Source: Ruminococcus sp.
GTDB lineage: Bacteria; Bacillota; Clostridia; Oscillospirales; Ruminococcaceae
Direction: 5' to 3'
DNA: 64,000 nucleotides
Assembly (NCBI GenBank): GCA_017960805.1
Contig: JAGCYM010000023.1
Coordinates: 43,103 to 107,102 of the forward strand
Shown here: positions 9,924 through 18,514 of the stretch, one piece after another
How the letters are laid out: every line of letters begins with the position of its first letter
Numbering within the stretch: the first letter of the stretch is position 1
The notes under the pieces: model-generated
The model's database searches: none
What the model was told of the DNA's origin: nothing
The model's input: only the letters and a program-made list of their open reading frames with translations
Made by a program: the position numbers and the translations under genes

Positions 9924-12080
9924 ATGAGGATTATTGCAAGAGCTGTCGCGGTTATTCTGTCCGCAACAGTAGCTGTGCCTTCATTTGTCGGCACAAGATT
10001 TAAGGCTGACGCTGCTACTACGGTCACACTATCGCCATACAGCGTCTATGACATTAATGATGGTAAATTTGAAGGCTGGGGAACATCACTTTGCTGGTGG
10101 GCAAACAGAGTTGGTTACTCAGACAGCCTATCACAGAAGGCAGCGGATACATTCTTTGGCGAAAATGGTCTGCACCTCAATATTGCTCGTTTCAATATAG
10201 GCGGAGGCGACAATCCAACTCACAATCATATAACGCGAACCGATTCAAATATGCCGGGTTATACAAAGTACAACAATGGAAACATTACTTATGACTGGTC
10301 AGCAGATGCTAATCAGAGAAATGTTCTTCAGCGCTGTATTAAAGCTGCCGGTGATGATATGATAGTGGAGATGTTCTCAAACTCTCCCCCGTATTATATG
10401 ACCAAGAGCGGATGTAGCAGCGGAGGTACAGATCCAGGGAAAAATAACCTTAAAGATGATCAGTATGATGATTTCGCTAACTATCTCGCTGAAGTCAGCT
10501 ACCATTATAAAAATGAGTGGGGCATAGACATTCAGAGTATCACTCCAACCAATGAACCATATACAAATTTCTGGGGTGCAGGAAGTGCAAAACAGGAAGG
10601 ATGTCACTTTGACATCGGCAACTCTGAGAGTACGATTATTCTTGAGCTACAGCGTGCTATGAAAGAAAAAGGAATGGAAGATGTAATCATCAGTGCCAGC
10701 GATGAGACATCGATTGACACTCAGATTGATGCATTCAAAGCACTTTCAGCTGATGCAAAGAAAGCAGTTGGCCGAATTGACACACATACATATGGCGGAA
10801 GCAAGCGCTCAGAATTAAGACAGCTCGCTGTTGATTCAGGGAAGAACTTATGGATGAGTGAAGTAGATGGCAATGGTACAGCTGGAACAAATGCAGGAGC
10901 AATGGCACCAGGATTATGGCTCTCAGAACGTATCACTGCCGATTGTAATGGCCTTAATGCTTCTGCGTGGATACTATGGCAAGTAATTGACAAACATGTC
11001 TGTGCGGCAGGCTACAACGGAAAAAAGGATTCCGGAATGGTTGATATGACCAAAGGATTCTGGGGCACAGCTGTTGCGGATCACGACAAAGATACCATAG
11101 TACTATCAAAGAAGTATTATTGTTTCGGTCAGTATACAAGATATATACGTCCCGGCATGACAATGCTGAAATCATCTGGCAACACTATGGCTGCTTTTGA
11201 TGAAGAAAATGGTAAAGTTGTTATCGTATCATATAACAAATCTTCAGGAAAAGCAGATATGAACTACAACCTAACTCAGTTCAGCAAATGTGGTTCAAGC
11301 GCAAAAGCTATCCGTACCAGTCAGACTGAAGACTGGGCTGATGCTGGATCATTCGCTGTCAATAATGGCGTTTTAAGTGTATCTCTTGAACCAAACTCAG
11401 TAACTACATTCATTATTGATGATGTAAAGGGCGGAGTTGAATTTGATGATAAGATTGATGTTGATCTATCAAAGGTAACTGGTTCATCTCCTTGGAAAGA
11501 TGACACTAACTACAACTGCACAAAAGCATTTGACGGAAAGACCAGTACATTCTTTGATGGCCTAGGAAACGGTTGGGTACAGGCTGACCTTGGTGACGTT
11601 TATGAGCTCACTGCTATCGGCTACAGCCCAAGAAGCGGCTACGAATATCGTGCAGTAGCAGGTAAATTCTCCATATCAGAAGATGGCGAGAACTGGAAAG
11701 ATCTATATACTATCGAATTCACACCAAGCTTCGGTATGAACTATGTCACACAGTTCAGCAGCGAAGCGATCGGAAGATATATCCGCTATCAGGTACCAGA
11801 TGGTGCTCCCGACGGTACTATCAACAAAGACAGTGTGTTCTGTTGTAATATTGCTGAGATTTCCCTTTACGGAACGAAGAAAGAAGATACTCCGAAGGAA
11901 GTCCTCGGTGACGTTGATGGAAGCGGAGACCTACATATAAACGACCTGGTTCTAATGAGCAAATATCTTCTTGGAAACGGCGAACTAGTAAAATGGAAAA
12001 ATGGTGACTTTGATAATGATGACCATATTGACATGTTCGATTTAGTTCTGATGAGAAAACATATGATAGCAAATTCATAA
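9924..12080 (+). CDS. GH30 (GH30_5-like endo-beta-1,6-galactanase) - F5/8/CBM62-like - dockerin
   Basis: EGWGTSLCWWA, NEP acid/base, LWMSE nucleophile; AFDG..STFFD discoidin-type module; C-terminal dockerin. ATG 9924 follows an AGGGGA RBS. Confidence 0.85.
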   Translation: MRIIARAVAVILSATVAVPSFVGTRFKADAATTVTLSPYSVYDINDGKFEGWGTSLCWWANRVGYSDSLSQKAADTFFGENGLHLNIARFNIGGGDNPTHNHITRTDSNMPGYTKYNNGNITYDWSADANQRNVLQRCIKAAGDDMIVEMFSNSPPYYMTKSGCSSGGTDPGKNNLKDDQYDDFANYLAEVSYHYKNEWGIDIQSITPTNEPYTNFWGAGSAKQEGCHFDIGNSESTIILELQRAMKEKGMEDVIISASDETSIDTQIDAFKALSADAKKAVGRIDTHTYGGSKRSELRQLAVDSGKNLWMSEVDGNGTAGTNAGAMAPGLWLSERITADCNGLNASAWILWQVIDKHVCAAGYNGKKDSGMVDMTKGFWGTAVADHDKDTIVLSKKYYCFGQYTRYIRPGMTMLKSSGNTMAAFDEENGKVVIVSYNKSSGKADMNYNLTQFSKCGSSAKAIRTSQTEDWADAGSFAVNNGVLSVSLEPNSVTTFIIDDVKGGVEFDDKIDVDLSKVTGSSPWKDDTNYNCTKAFDGKTSTFFDGLGNGWVQADLGDVYELTAIGYSPRSGYEYRAVAGKFSISEDGENWKDLYTIEFTPSFGMNYVTQFSSEAIGRYIRYQVPDGAPDGTINKDSVFCCNIAEISLYGTKKEDTPKEVLGDVDGSGDLHINDLVLMSKYLLGNGELVKWKNGDFDNDDHIDMFDLVLMRKHMIANS

Positions 12081-12090
12081 CCGATATCGT

Positions 12091-12122
12091 AAAAAAAGCA
12101 GTCCAAACCAGACTGCTTTTTT
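12091..12122. terminator. Bidirectional terminator
   Basis: AAAAAAAGCAGTC/GACTGCTTTTTT between convergent genes. Confidence 0.85.
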
Positions 12123-12127
12123 GTATA

Positions 12128-12727
12128 CTAATTCTTTTTTGATGCATTCTTATACCATTCATAGGCTTCTGTTGCAGACTCGCAATTTGAATAGATTCCA
12201 GTTAAACATACATTCAAATAGATCTGAATACACTTAAGTTCGTTGTCAGTAGTATAATACATTGCATCTACACTTTTAAGTGAAGCCTCAACATCTGGCA
12301 GCATTTCAGGATATACTATTTTATAATCATTGAATTCAGCAGCATCACAGATAAGTTTATAAGTATCGGCTAGTTTCTCTTTATCAAAATAATTCTTCTG
12401 TATCATGTAACCTTCTGACTGTTCTCCTTCATACTTTTTTAATTCGCCAGAGCCATATTTTTCAGTAAGTTCTATATTATTCATTGCAATGATCTCAGAA
12501 TTACTAGATATGCATCTATTACCATCACTGTCAATGAAATATATCATGGAAATATCATTTGTGTGTTTTTCAGCAGTTATCCTTTCAATATACCTTATTG
12601 TCGGAACATTATTACGATTAGCTCGTATTTTTTTCACAGTCAGATCATCTGACTGCGTTCCGCTATTTTTTAGCTGACATCCAGTCAGAATAATAAGCCC
12701 TAAAACAAGTATAAAAAACTTTTTCAT
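12128..12727 (-). CDS. Hypothetical lipoprotein
   Basis: MKK-hydrophobic-LTGC lipobox; no recognised domain. Confidence 0.7.
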   Translation of the reverse strand: MKKFFILVLGLIILTGCQLKNSGTQSDDLTVKKIRANRNNVPTIRYIERITAEKHTNDISMIYFIDSDGNRCISSNSEIIAMNNIELTEKYGSGELKKYEGEQSEGYMIQKNYFDKEKLADTYKLICDAAEFNDYKIVYPEMLPDVEASLKSVDAMYYTTDNELKCIQIYLNVCLTGIYSNCESATEAYEWYKNASKKN

Positions 12728-12882
12728 CTCAGTCACCACTTTCATTAGTTTTTCATTAAATCAGTGTCGCGAATCATATGTTTTGTTGCAAAGAGATTCA
12801 TTTTTTGTAAATACGCACATATAGATCACACTTCAATTGTGCAAATTCACAAAACAAAGTATTGAAAAATTTCAAAAAAGAC

Positions 12883-12911
12883 TTGATTTTTTGTTTTTAT
12901 CGCGCTATAAT
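12883..12911 (+). promoter_or_regulatory. sigma-A promoter of the pheST leader
   Basis: TTGATT-17 bp-TATAAT. Confidence 0.7.
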
Positions 12912-12919
12912 GTATGTAT

Positions 12920-13165
12920 AACCCTTTGACTGAGAGAGTAGGTCTGTGATTAAGTCTTCAGAGAGGAGCCCAAAGGTGTGAGCGCTCCGTCCTAAAACAT
13001 TCCGAAGTTCACTCACGAGGGGCAGAACAGAAGTGCTTAGTAATATATATGCATAGTAGGTTTTGACGTAGGTCTGCGTTAAAGACAAGAGAGTGTCGGC
13101 TCTCCTGACCAAAGGTGGTATAAACAAGGTATCAAGTCTTGTCCTTTAGGGCAGGACTTTTTTAT
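12920..13165 (+). ncRNA. T-box riboswitch (Phe specifier)
   Basis: AG box (CAGAGAG), GGTGTGA loop, specifier GAAG-TTC-ACTC (UUC at 13008-13010), antiterminator AAAGG-TGGTA...CCTTT, terminator AAGTCTTGTCC/GGGCAGGACTT-T tract; lies upstream of pheS. Confidence 0.92.
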
Positions 13166-13196
13166 TTCGGCACAAATATTTTTATGAGGTGAAAAA

Positions 13197-14225
13197 ATGA
13201 AAGAACAGCTGGAAAAGATCGAAGCGCTGGCGAAGCAGGAACTTGAATCCTGCACAGAGATCAAAGCACTGGATGATCTGAGGATTAAATTCCTCGGCAA
13301 GAAGGGAGAACTCACAGCTATCCTCAAACAGATGGGAAAGCTTACTCCCGAAGAGAGACCAGTTATTGGTCAGCTTGCAAACAAGGTTAGAGCAGATATC
13401 GAAGACGCATTAAACACAAAACTCTCAGCCATCAAATCAAATGCACAGTCTGCAAAACTTAAGGAAGAAACAATTGATATTACCCTCCCTGGAACACATG
13501 CTCCATTTGGAAAACTTCATCCTCTTACTAAAGTTGAAAATGAGATACGTGAAATTTTCATTGGAATGGGATTCAACATCGCAGACGGTCCGGAAATAGA
13601 TGATGATTACCATGTATTTGAGGCACTCAACCTTCCTCCGGATCACCCTGCAAGAGATACACAGGACACATTTTATATTGAAAATACAAACGAGACTATT
13701 CTTCTCCGTACACAGACTTCTTCCGTTCAGGTTCATGTTATGGAAACGCAGAAGCCTCCGATACGCATAATCTCACCAGGACGTGTTTTCCGTTCTGATG
13801 CAGTTGATGCAACACACTCTCCCCTCTTCCATCAGATTGAGGGACTTGTTGTAGACAAAGGCATTAAAATGAGCGATCTCAAAGGCACTCTTGAGATGCT
13901 AATGAAGAAGCTTTACGGTAATGACTGCAAACTTCGTTTCCGTCCACATCACTTCCCATTTACAGAGCCAAGCTGCGAGGTTGACATCAGTTGCTTCAAC
14001 TGCGGTGGCAAGGGATGTTCAATGTGCAAGGACGAAGGATACATTGAGCTTCTTGGTGCCGGAATGGTTCATCCAAAAGTCCTTGAAAACTGCGGAATTG
14101 ATCCAGAAGTTTACTCTGGCTTTGCATTTGGTCTCGGACTTGAGAGAATGGTAATGGGACGATATGATATCAACGATCTCCGTCTCCTATACGAAAACGA
14201 CGTGAGATTCCTCGAACAGTTCTGA
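13197..14225 (+). CDS. pheS: Phenylalanine--tRNA ligase alpha subunit
   Basis: HPARDTQDTF, LLRTQTS, FPFTEPS and GFAFGLGLER motifs. Confidence 0.98.
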   Translation: MKEQLEKIEALAKQELESCTEIKALDDLRIKFLGKKGELTAILKQMGKLTPEERPVIGQLANKVRADIEDALNTKLSAIKSNAQSAKLKEETIDITLPGTHAPFGKLHPLTKVENEIREIFIGMGFNIADGPEIDDDYHVFEALNLPPDHPARDTQDTFYIENTNETILLRTQTSSVQVHVMETQKPPIRIISPGRVFRSDAVDATHSPLFHQIEGLVVDKGIKMSDLKGTLEMLMKKLYGNDCKLRFRPHHFPFTEPSCEVDISCFNCGGKGCSMCKDEGYIELLGAGMVHPKVLENCGIDPEVYSGFAFGLGLERMVMGRYDINDLRLLYENDVRFLEQF

Positions 14226-14824
14226 TGAATTACGAAGAACTAGTCAAAAAGTTTGAGAACAAAAAACATACACTGTTCATTGTTCTCATAATAATTGAAA
14301 TTGTTTCATTATTTGTTCTTCTAGGTTTCGGCATTTTTATGAAGTTAATATTCGAAGCTGCTGACGTATCTTATGGGCTGCTTAAAATTGGAAAATATAC
14401 AGCAATCCCAGCTTTCTTGATACTAATTGCTGCTTTCACAATTCCAGAAATCATTTTAATGAAACAGAAGAAGAAAATGCGTGAATATTTTCACAGAATT
14501 CAGGAATCAACAGGACTGACAAATGATGAACTGTTCGCAGAAGCAGTCAGCACAAGCAGTGAGCTTCCTCACGTTAAAAATGTATTCTTAAATGATACAT
14601 ACCTCATTAATCTTGCATCTTACTGGGGATGCCGACTCGACAGCATAACTGACATGAGAATGGAACATACATCTGGTCCCAACACTTCCGATTCCCCTGA
14701 TTATTATATAGCCGTTGACCATGACGGCAAGACCAGCCGTGTATACCTCACAAACACATATCAAAAAAAGGTGTACAAAATCCTTTATAAGGAATGGCAG
14801 CAGGCTGTTGTTACGATGAAATAA
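14225..14824 (+). CDS. Hypothetical membrane protein (two N-terminal TM helices) between pheS and pheT
   Basis: 199 aa ORF; TGATG overlap with the pheS stop; two hydrophobic segments. Confidence 0.75.
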   Translation: MNYEELVKKFENKKHTLFIVLIIIEIVSLFVLLGFGIFMKLIFEAADVSYGLLKIGKYTAIPAFLILIAAFTIPEIILMKQKKKMREYFHRIQESTGLTNDELFAEAVSTSSELPHVKNVFLNDTYLINLASYWGCRLDSITDMRMEHTSGPNTSDSPDYYIAVDHDGKTSRVYLTNTYQKKVYKILYKEWQQAVVTMK

Positions 14825-14844
14825 TATACGAAAGGAAACAGAAT

Positions 14845-17304
14845 ATGAATCTGTCTATGAAATGGCTCGGTGACTATGTTAAAGCCGATATGCCAATAAA
14901 AGATTTTTGTCACGCTCTTACAATGAGCGGTTCAAAGGTTGAATGCTACGAAGAAGAAGGGAAGAACATTTCCAATGTAGTAGTAGGAAAGATACTCTCA
15001 AAAGGCCCTCATGAAAACGCAGATGCTCTATTCGTTTGTCAGGTTGATATCGGAGCAGACGCACCCATTCAGATCGTTACAAACGCAAAAAATGTCAAGG
15101 AAGGAGACCTCGTTCCAGTTGCATTAGACGGAGCGGTTCTTCCAGAAGGTAAAATCAAGAAATGCAAAATGAGAGGCGTTGAAAGTTTCGGTATGTTCTG
15201 CGGACTTGATACTCTTGGTCTCTCTTCTCATGATTTTCCTTACGCTGATCCTGAGGGAGTATTCGTAATTGAAGAAGACTGCAAACTTGGTCAGGATATA
15301 CACTCAGCTATCGGTCTCGATGACACCTCTGTAGAGTTTGAGATAACATCAAACCGTCCTGATTGTCTGAGCGTTATAGGTCTTGCAAGAGAAACAGCCG
15401 CAACCTATAATCAACCTCTGAACGTAAAAGCTCCTGAGTTCAAAGGTGTTGATGGTGATATCAACTCTATGCTCAAAGTTGATATCCACAATACTGAAAA
15501 GTGTCAGAGATACTGTGCTGGTATAGTAAAGAACGTTAAAATAGGCCCCTCTCCCCGCTGGATGAGAGAGCGTCTTCGTGCAAGCGGCGTTCGTCCGATA
15601 AATAATTTTGTAGATATCACTAACTATGTTATGCTTGAGTATGGTCAGCCTATGCACGCATTTGACCTTCGATATGTTGAAGGTGCGCACATTAATGTCC
15701 GCAATGCAGTAGATGGCGAAAAAATCATGACTCTTGACGGTGTTGAGCGTGAGCTATCCAGTGATATGCTAGTTATCGCTGACGAGAAGAAGCCTGTTGC
15801 TGTTGCTGGTATAATGGGTGGTGAATACAGCGGTATTATGGATGATACTACAACAGTTGTATTCGAATCAGCATACTTTGAACCTACACAGGTTAGACAG
15901 ACATCAAAGAAACTCCGTCTCAAATCAGACGCTTCTGCCCGTTATGAAAAAGGTGTTGACAGACTCATCTCCATGACTTGTCTGAAGCGCGCATTTGAAC
16001 TCGTAGAAGAACTCGGAGCAGGAGAAGTTCTTAATACAGTAATTGACCTTGACTACACTGATAAAACTCCCGCTTCAGTTGATTTTGATTCCGACTGGAT
16101 CAATAACTTCCTTGGAACTGACCTTACTGAATCCCAGATGAAGGAATACCTCAATCGTCTTGGATTCACATTTGAAGGCGGAAAAGTTCTCGCTCCGTCA
16201 TTCCGTATAGATATCGGATGCAAGGCTGATATAGCAGAAGAAGTTGCTCGTATTTATGGATACAATAATATCCCTTCAACTGATTTCCGTGGTGTAGCAA
16301 GAGCTGAGTTCACTTCTGAGCAGAAGTTCACACGAGCTCTCAGAAACGCTGCAGTATCACTCGGTGGATACGAGATAGCTACATACTCATTCGTATCTCC
16401 TAAATATTTTGATAAAATAAAGCTTCCAGCAGACAGCAAACTCCGCAAGGTAGTCAGAATTGTTAATCCACTCGGTGAAGACACAAGTGTTATGAGAACT
16501 TCAACAATTCCTTCAATGCTTGATATACTCTCATTCAATTACAATAACCGTAATGAAAAGGCTTGTCTCTTTGAAATTTCGAAGGAATACCTTCCTGTTG
16601 AAGAAAAGAGAAACTATCAGGGTGATGAAGCACTTCTGATAAATAATGGTAAGCCACGTCATGAATACGAATATCAGCTTCCAGATGAGCCTCAGCGTCT
16701 TACAATTGGTATGTACGGCGGAGACGCTGATTTCTACAAACTCAAGGGTATGGTAGAACAGCTTCTCAGCGAAATGAACATCTATGATGTTGAGTACATC
16801 CGCGCTACAGATAGTGATGTTTTTGATGAGAAATACGCACTTCATCCTGGAAGAAGCGCAGTTATCATGCGTGATGGTGTCGCTCTTGGCATCATGGGTG
16901 AAGTTCATCCTGAGGTTCAGGAAACATATGAGATTGGTGTTAAGACATATGTGGCAAAGCTCAATATTCCTGAATTAATGGATTCTGCTGCTGAAAAGAT
17001 TACATATAGTCCTCTTCCGAAGTTCCCTGCCACAACCCGTGATCTTAGTCTTCTTGTTGATGAGGATACTCCTGTTGCAGAACTTGAAAAAGCTATAAAG
17101 GGCGCTGTAGGAAAGATCCTTGAAAAGGTAACTCTCTTCGACGTATACCGCAGCGACGACATGAAGAAGAACGGTAAGAAGAGTATTGCTTACTCAATTT
17201 CCATGCGTTCACATGAAGGAACTCTAACCGATGAACAAGCTGACAGTGCAATGAAAAAAGCACTCAAGGCACTCGCCAACATTGGTGCTGAACTCAGAGG
17301 CTAA
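14845..17304 (+). CDS. pheT: Phenylalanine--tRNA ligase beta subunit
   Basis: MRGVESFGM, TSNRPDC, INNFVDITNYVMLEYGQPMHAFD and FDX-ACB C-terminus. GAAAGGA RBS supports ATG 14845. Confidence 0.97.
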   Translation: MNLSMKWLGDYVKADMPIKDFCHALTMSGSKVECYEEEGKNISNVVVGKILSKGPHENADALFVCQVDIGADAPIQIVTNAKNVKEGDLVPVALDGAVLPEGKIKKCKMRGVESFGMFCGLDTLGLSSHDFPYADPEGVFVIEEDCKLGQDIHSAIGLDDTSVEFEITSNRPDCLSVIGLARETAATYNQPLNVKAPEFKGVDGDINSMLKVDIHNTEKCQRYCAGIVKNVKIGPSPRWMRERLRASGVRPINNFVDITNYVMLEYGQPMHAFDLRYVEGAHINVRNAVDGEKIMTLDGVERELSSDMLVIADEKKPVAVAGIMGGEYSGIMDDTTTVVFESAYFEPTQVRQTSKKLRLKSDASARYEKGVDRLISMTCLKRAFELVEELGAGEVLNTVIDLDYTDKTPASVDFDSDWINNFLGTDLTESQMKEYLNRLGFTFEGGKVLAPSFRIDIGCKADIAEEVARIYGYNNIPSTDFRGVARAEFTSEQKFTRALRNAAVSLGGYEIATYSFVSPKYFDKIKLPADSKLRKVVRIVNPLGEDTSVMRTSTIPSMLDILSFNYNNRNEKACLFEISKEYLPVEEKRNYQGDEALLINNGKPRHEYEYQLPDEPQRLTIGMYGGDADFYKLKGMVEQLLSEMNIYDVEYIRATDSDVFDEKYALHPGRSAVIMRDGVALGIMGEVHPEVQETYEIGVKTYVAKLNIPELMDSAAEKITYSPLPKFPATTRDLSLLVDEDTPVAELEKAIKGAVGKILEKVTLFDVYRSDDMKKNGKKSIAYSISMRSHEGTLTDEQADSAMKKALKALANIGAELRG

Positions 17305-17363
17305 TTTCCATATACCGTCGATGCTTCCTTGTATCGACGGTATCTATGTATTGAGGTAGTAAA

Positions 17364-18410
17364 ATGAAAAAAATCCCACTTGATAAAAGCAGCGCAAAGC
17401 TGTTCGGACGAACAATAACAAAAAACGATATTCTTCGTCTCACCCTCTCAGGCACTGGCTGCGAATTCATTTTCAAGGGATGTAAGCTCTCACTGACCAT
17501 TGGTGTTGACAATGATTGTTATACTGATGGAAAGCGCTGTAATATGCCTCGAATTGCTATATTATGCAATGAAAGAATCATAATTAAAAAGGTTATTGAA
17601 GAAAGAGCTGAAAAATTTGAAATAGTGAATTCTGATACACCTGTTACAAATACAATTCGTATTGTCAAACTTTCTGAGGGAGCATTCTCCATCGCAGAAA
17701 TTCACTCGCTTGAAACAGATGATAATGCATCTGTTTCACCTACTGAAAATAAGCACCTTAAAATTGAATTCATAGGTGATTCAATCACTTGCGGATACGG
17801 AGTAGATGACAGCAATATGCAGTCTGATTTTTCCTGTGAAGCTGAAAATGCTATGAAATCATATGCATATGTTGCATCAAAACTTCTAGATGCAGACTAT
17901 AGTCTCTTCAGTTACAGCGGATATGGAATAATCAGTGGATATACTGATGATGGCATTCGTAATACCCGTGAACTCCTTCCTCCTTGGTATGAAACATGTG
18001 GATTTTCTTACAGTTCAGTAGATGGTGATAAACTACAGGATATCCCCTGGAATTTCAATGATTTTCAACCAGATATAATTGTAATTAACCTCGGAACAAA
18101 CGACAATAGCTTCTGTACTTTTCATAATGAAGCATATAAGGAATTCGAAGACAGCTATTATGATTTTATAAAAGTAGTCAGAAAAAATAATCCTAATGCT
18201 ATAATTATCTGCTCACTTGGAATAATGCTTACTGAACCGTTTCTATACATAGAAAAGGCTGTAAAACGCCTTGATGATGCCAGAATCAGTATTTTCCGTT
18301 ACTCCACGCAGGACGGTCTTCTCGGATATGGTTCAAACTGGCATCCTTCTGAAGATACTCATCTTCGCGCTGGCGAGGAATTAGCAAGGTTCATAAAAAC
18401 ACTTTTATAA
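17364..18410 (+). CDS. SGNH/GDSL esterase, CE2-like (no signal peptide)
   Basis: IEFIGDSITCGYG, INLGTND and WHP motifs. Confidence 0.85.
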   Translation: MKKIPLDKSSAKLFGRTITKNDILRLTLSGTGCEFIFKGCKLSLTIGVDNDCYTDGKRCNMPRIAILCNERIIIKKVIEERAEKFEIVNSDTPVTNTIRIVKLSEGAFSIAEIHSLETDDNASVSPTENKHLKIEFIGDSITCGYGVDDSNMQSDFSCEAENAMKSYAYVASKLLDADYSLFSYSGYGIISGYTDDGIRNTRELLPPWYETCGFSYSSVDGDKLQDIPWNFNDFQPDIIVINLGTNDNSFCTFHNEAYKEFEDSYYDFIKVVRKNNPNAIIICSLGIMLTEPFLYIEKAVKRLDDARISIFRYSTQDGLLGYGSNWHPSEDTHLRAGEELARFIKTLL

Positions 18411-18427
18411 TAGACGAATACAAATAC

Positions 18428-18474
18428 AATACCCCTGAAGTACCAATTAACAAATGGCTTTCTTCAGGGGTATT
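18428..18474. terminator. Probable terminator between convergent genes
   Basis: AATACCCCTGAAG/CTTCAGGGGTATT inverted repeat. Confidence 0.7.
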
Positions 18475-18514
18475 ATTATAAACTAATGTGCTTAAGGATT
18501 TTTACGCTAAATAA

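Noticed and set aside
12897-13327. Minus-strand ORFs 12897-13127 and 13079-13327
   Set aside because: They are antisense to the T-box leader and pheS.
17312-17343. Hairpin ATACCGTCGAT/ATCGACGGTAT after pheT as a terminator
   Set aside because: No T-tract, so termination is unsupported; it may only stabilise the mRNA.
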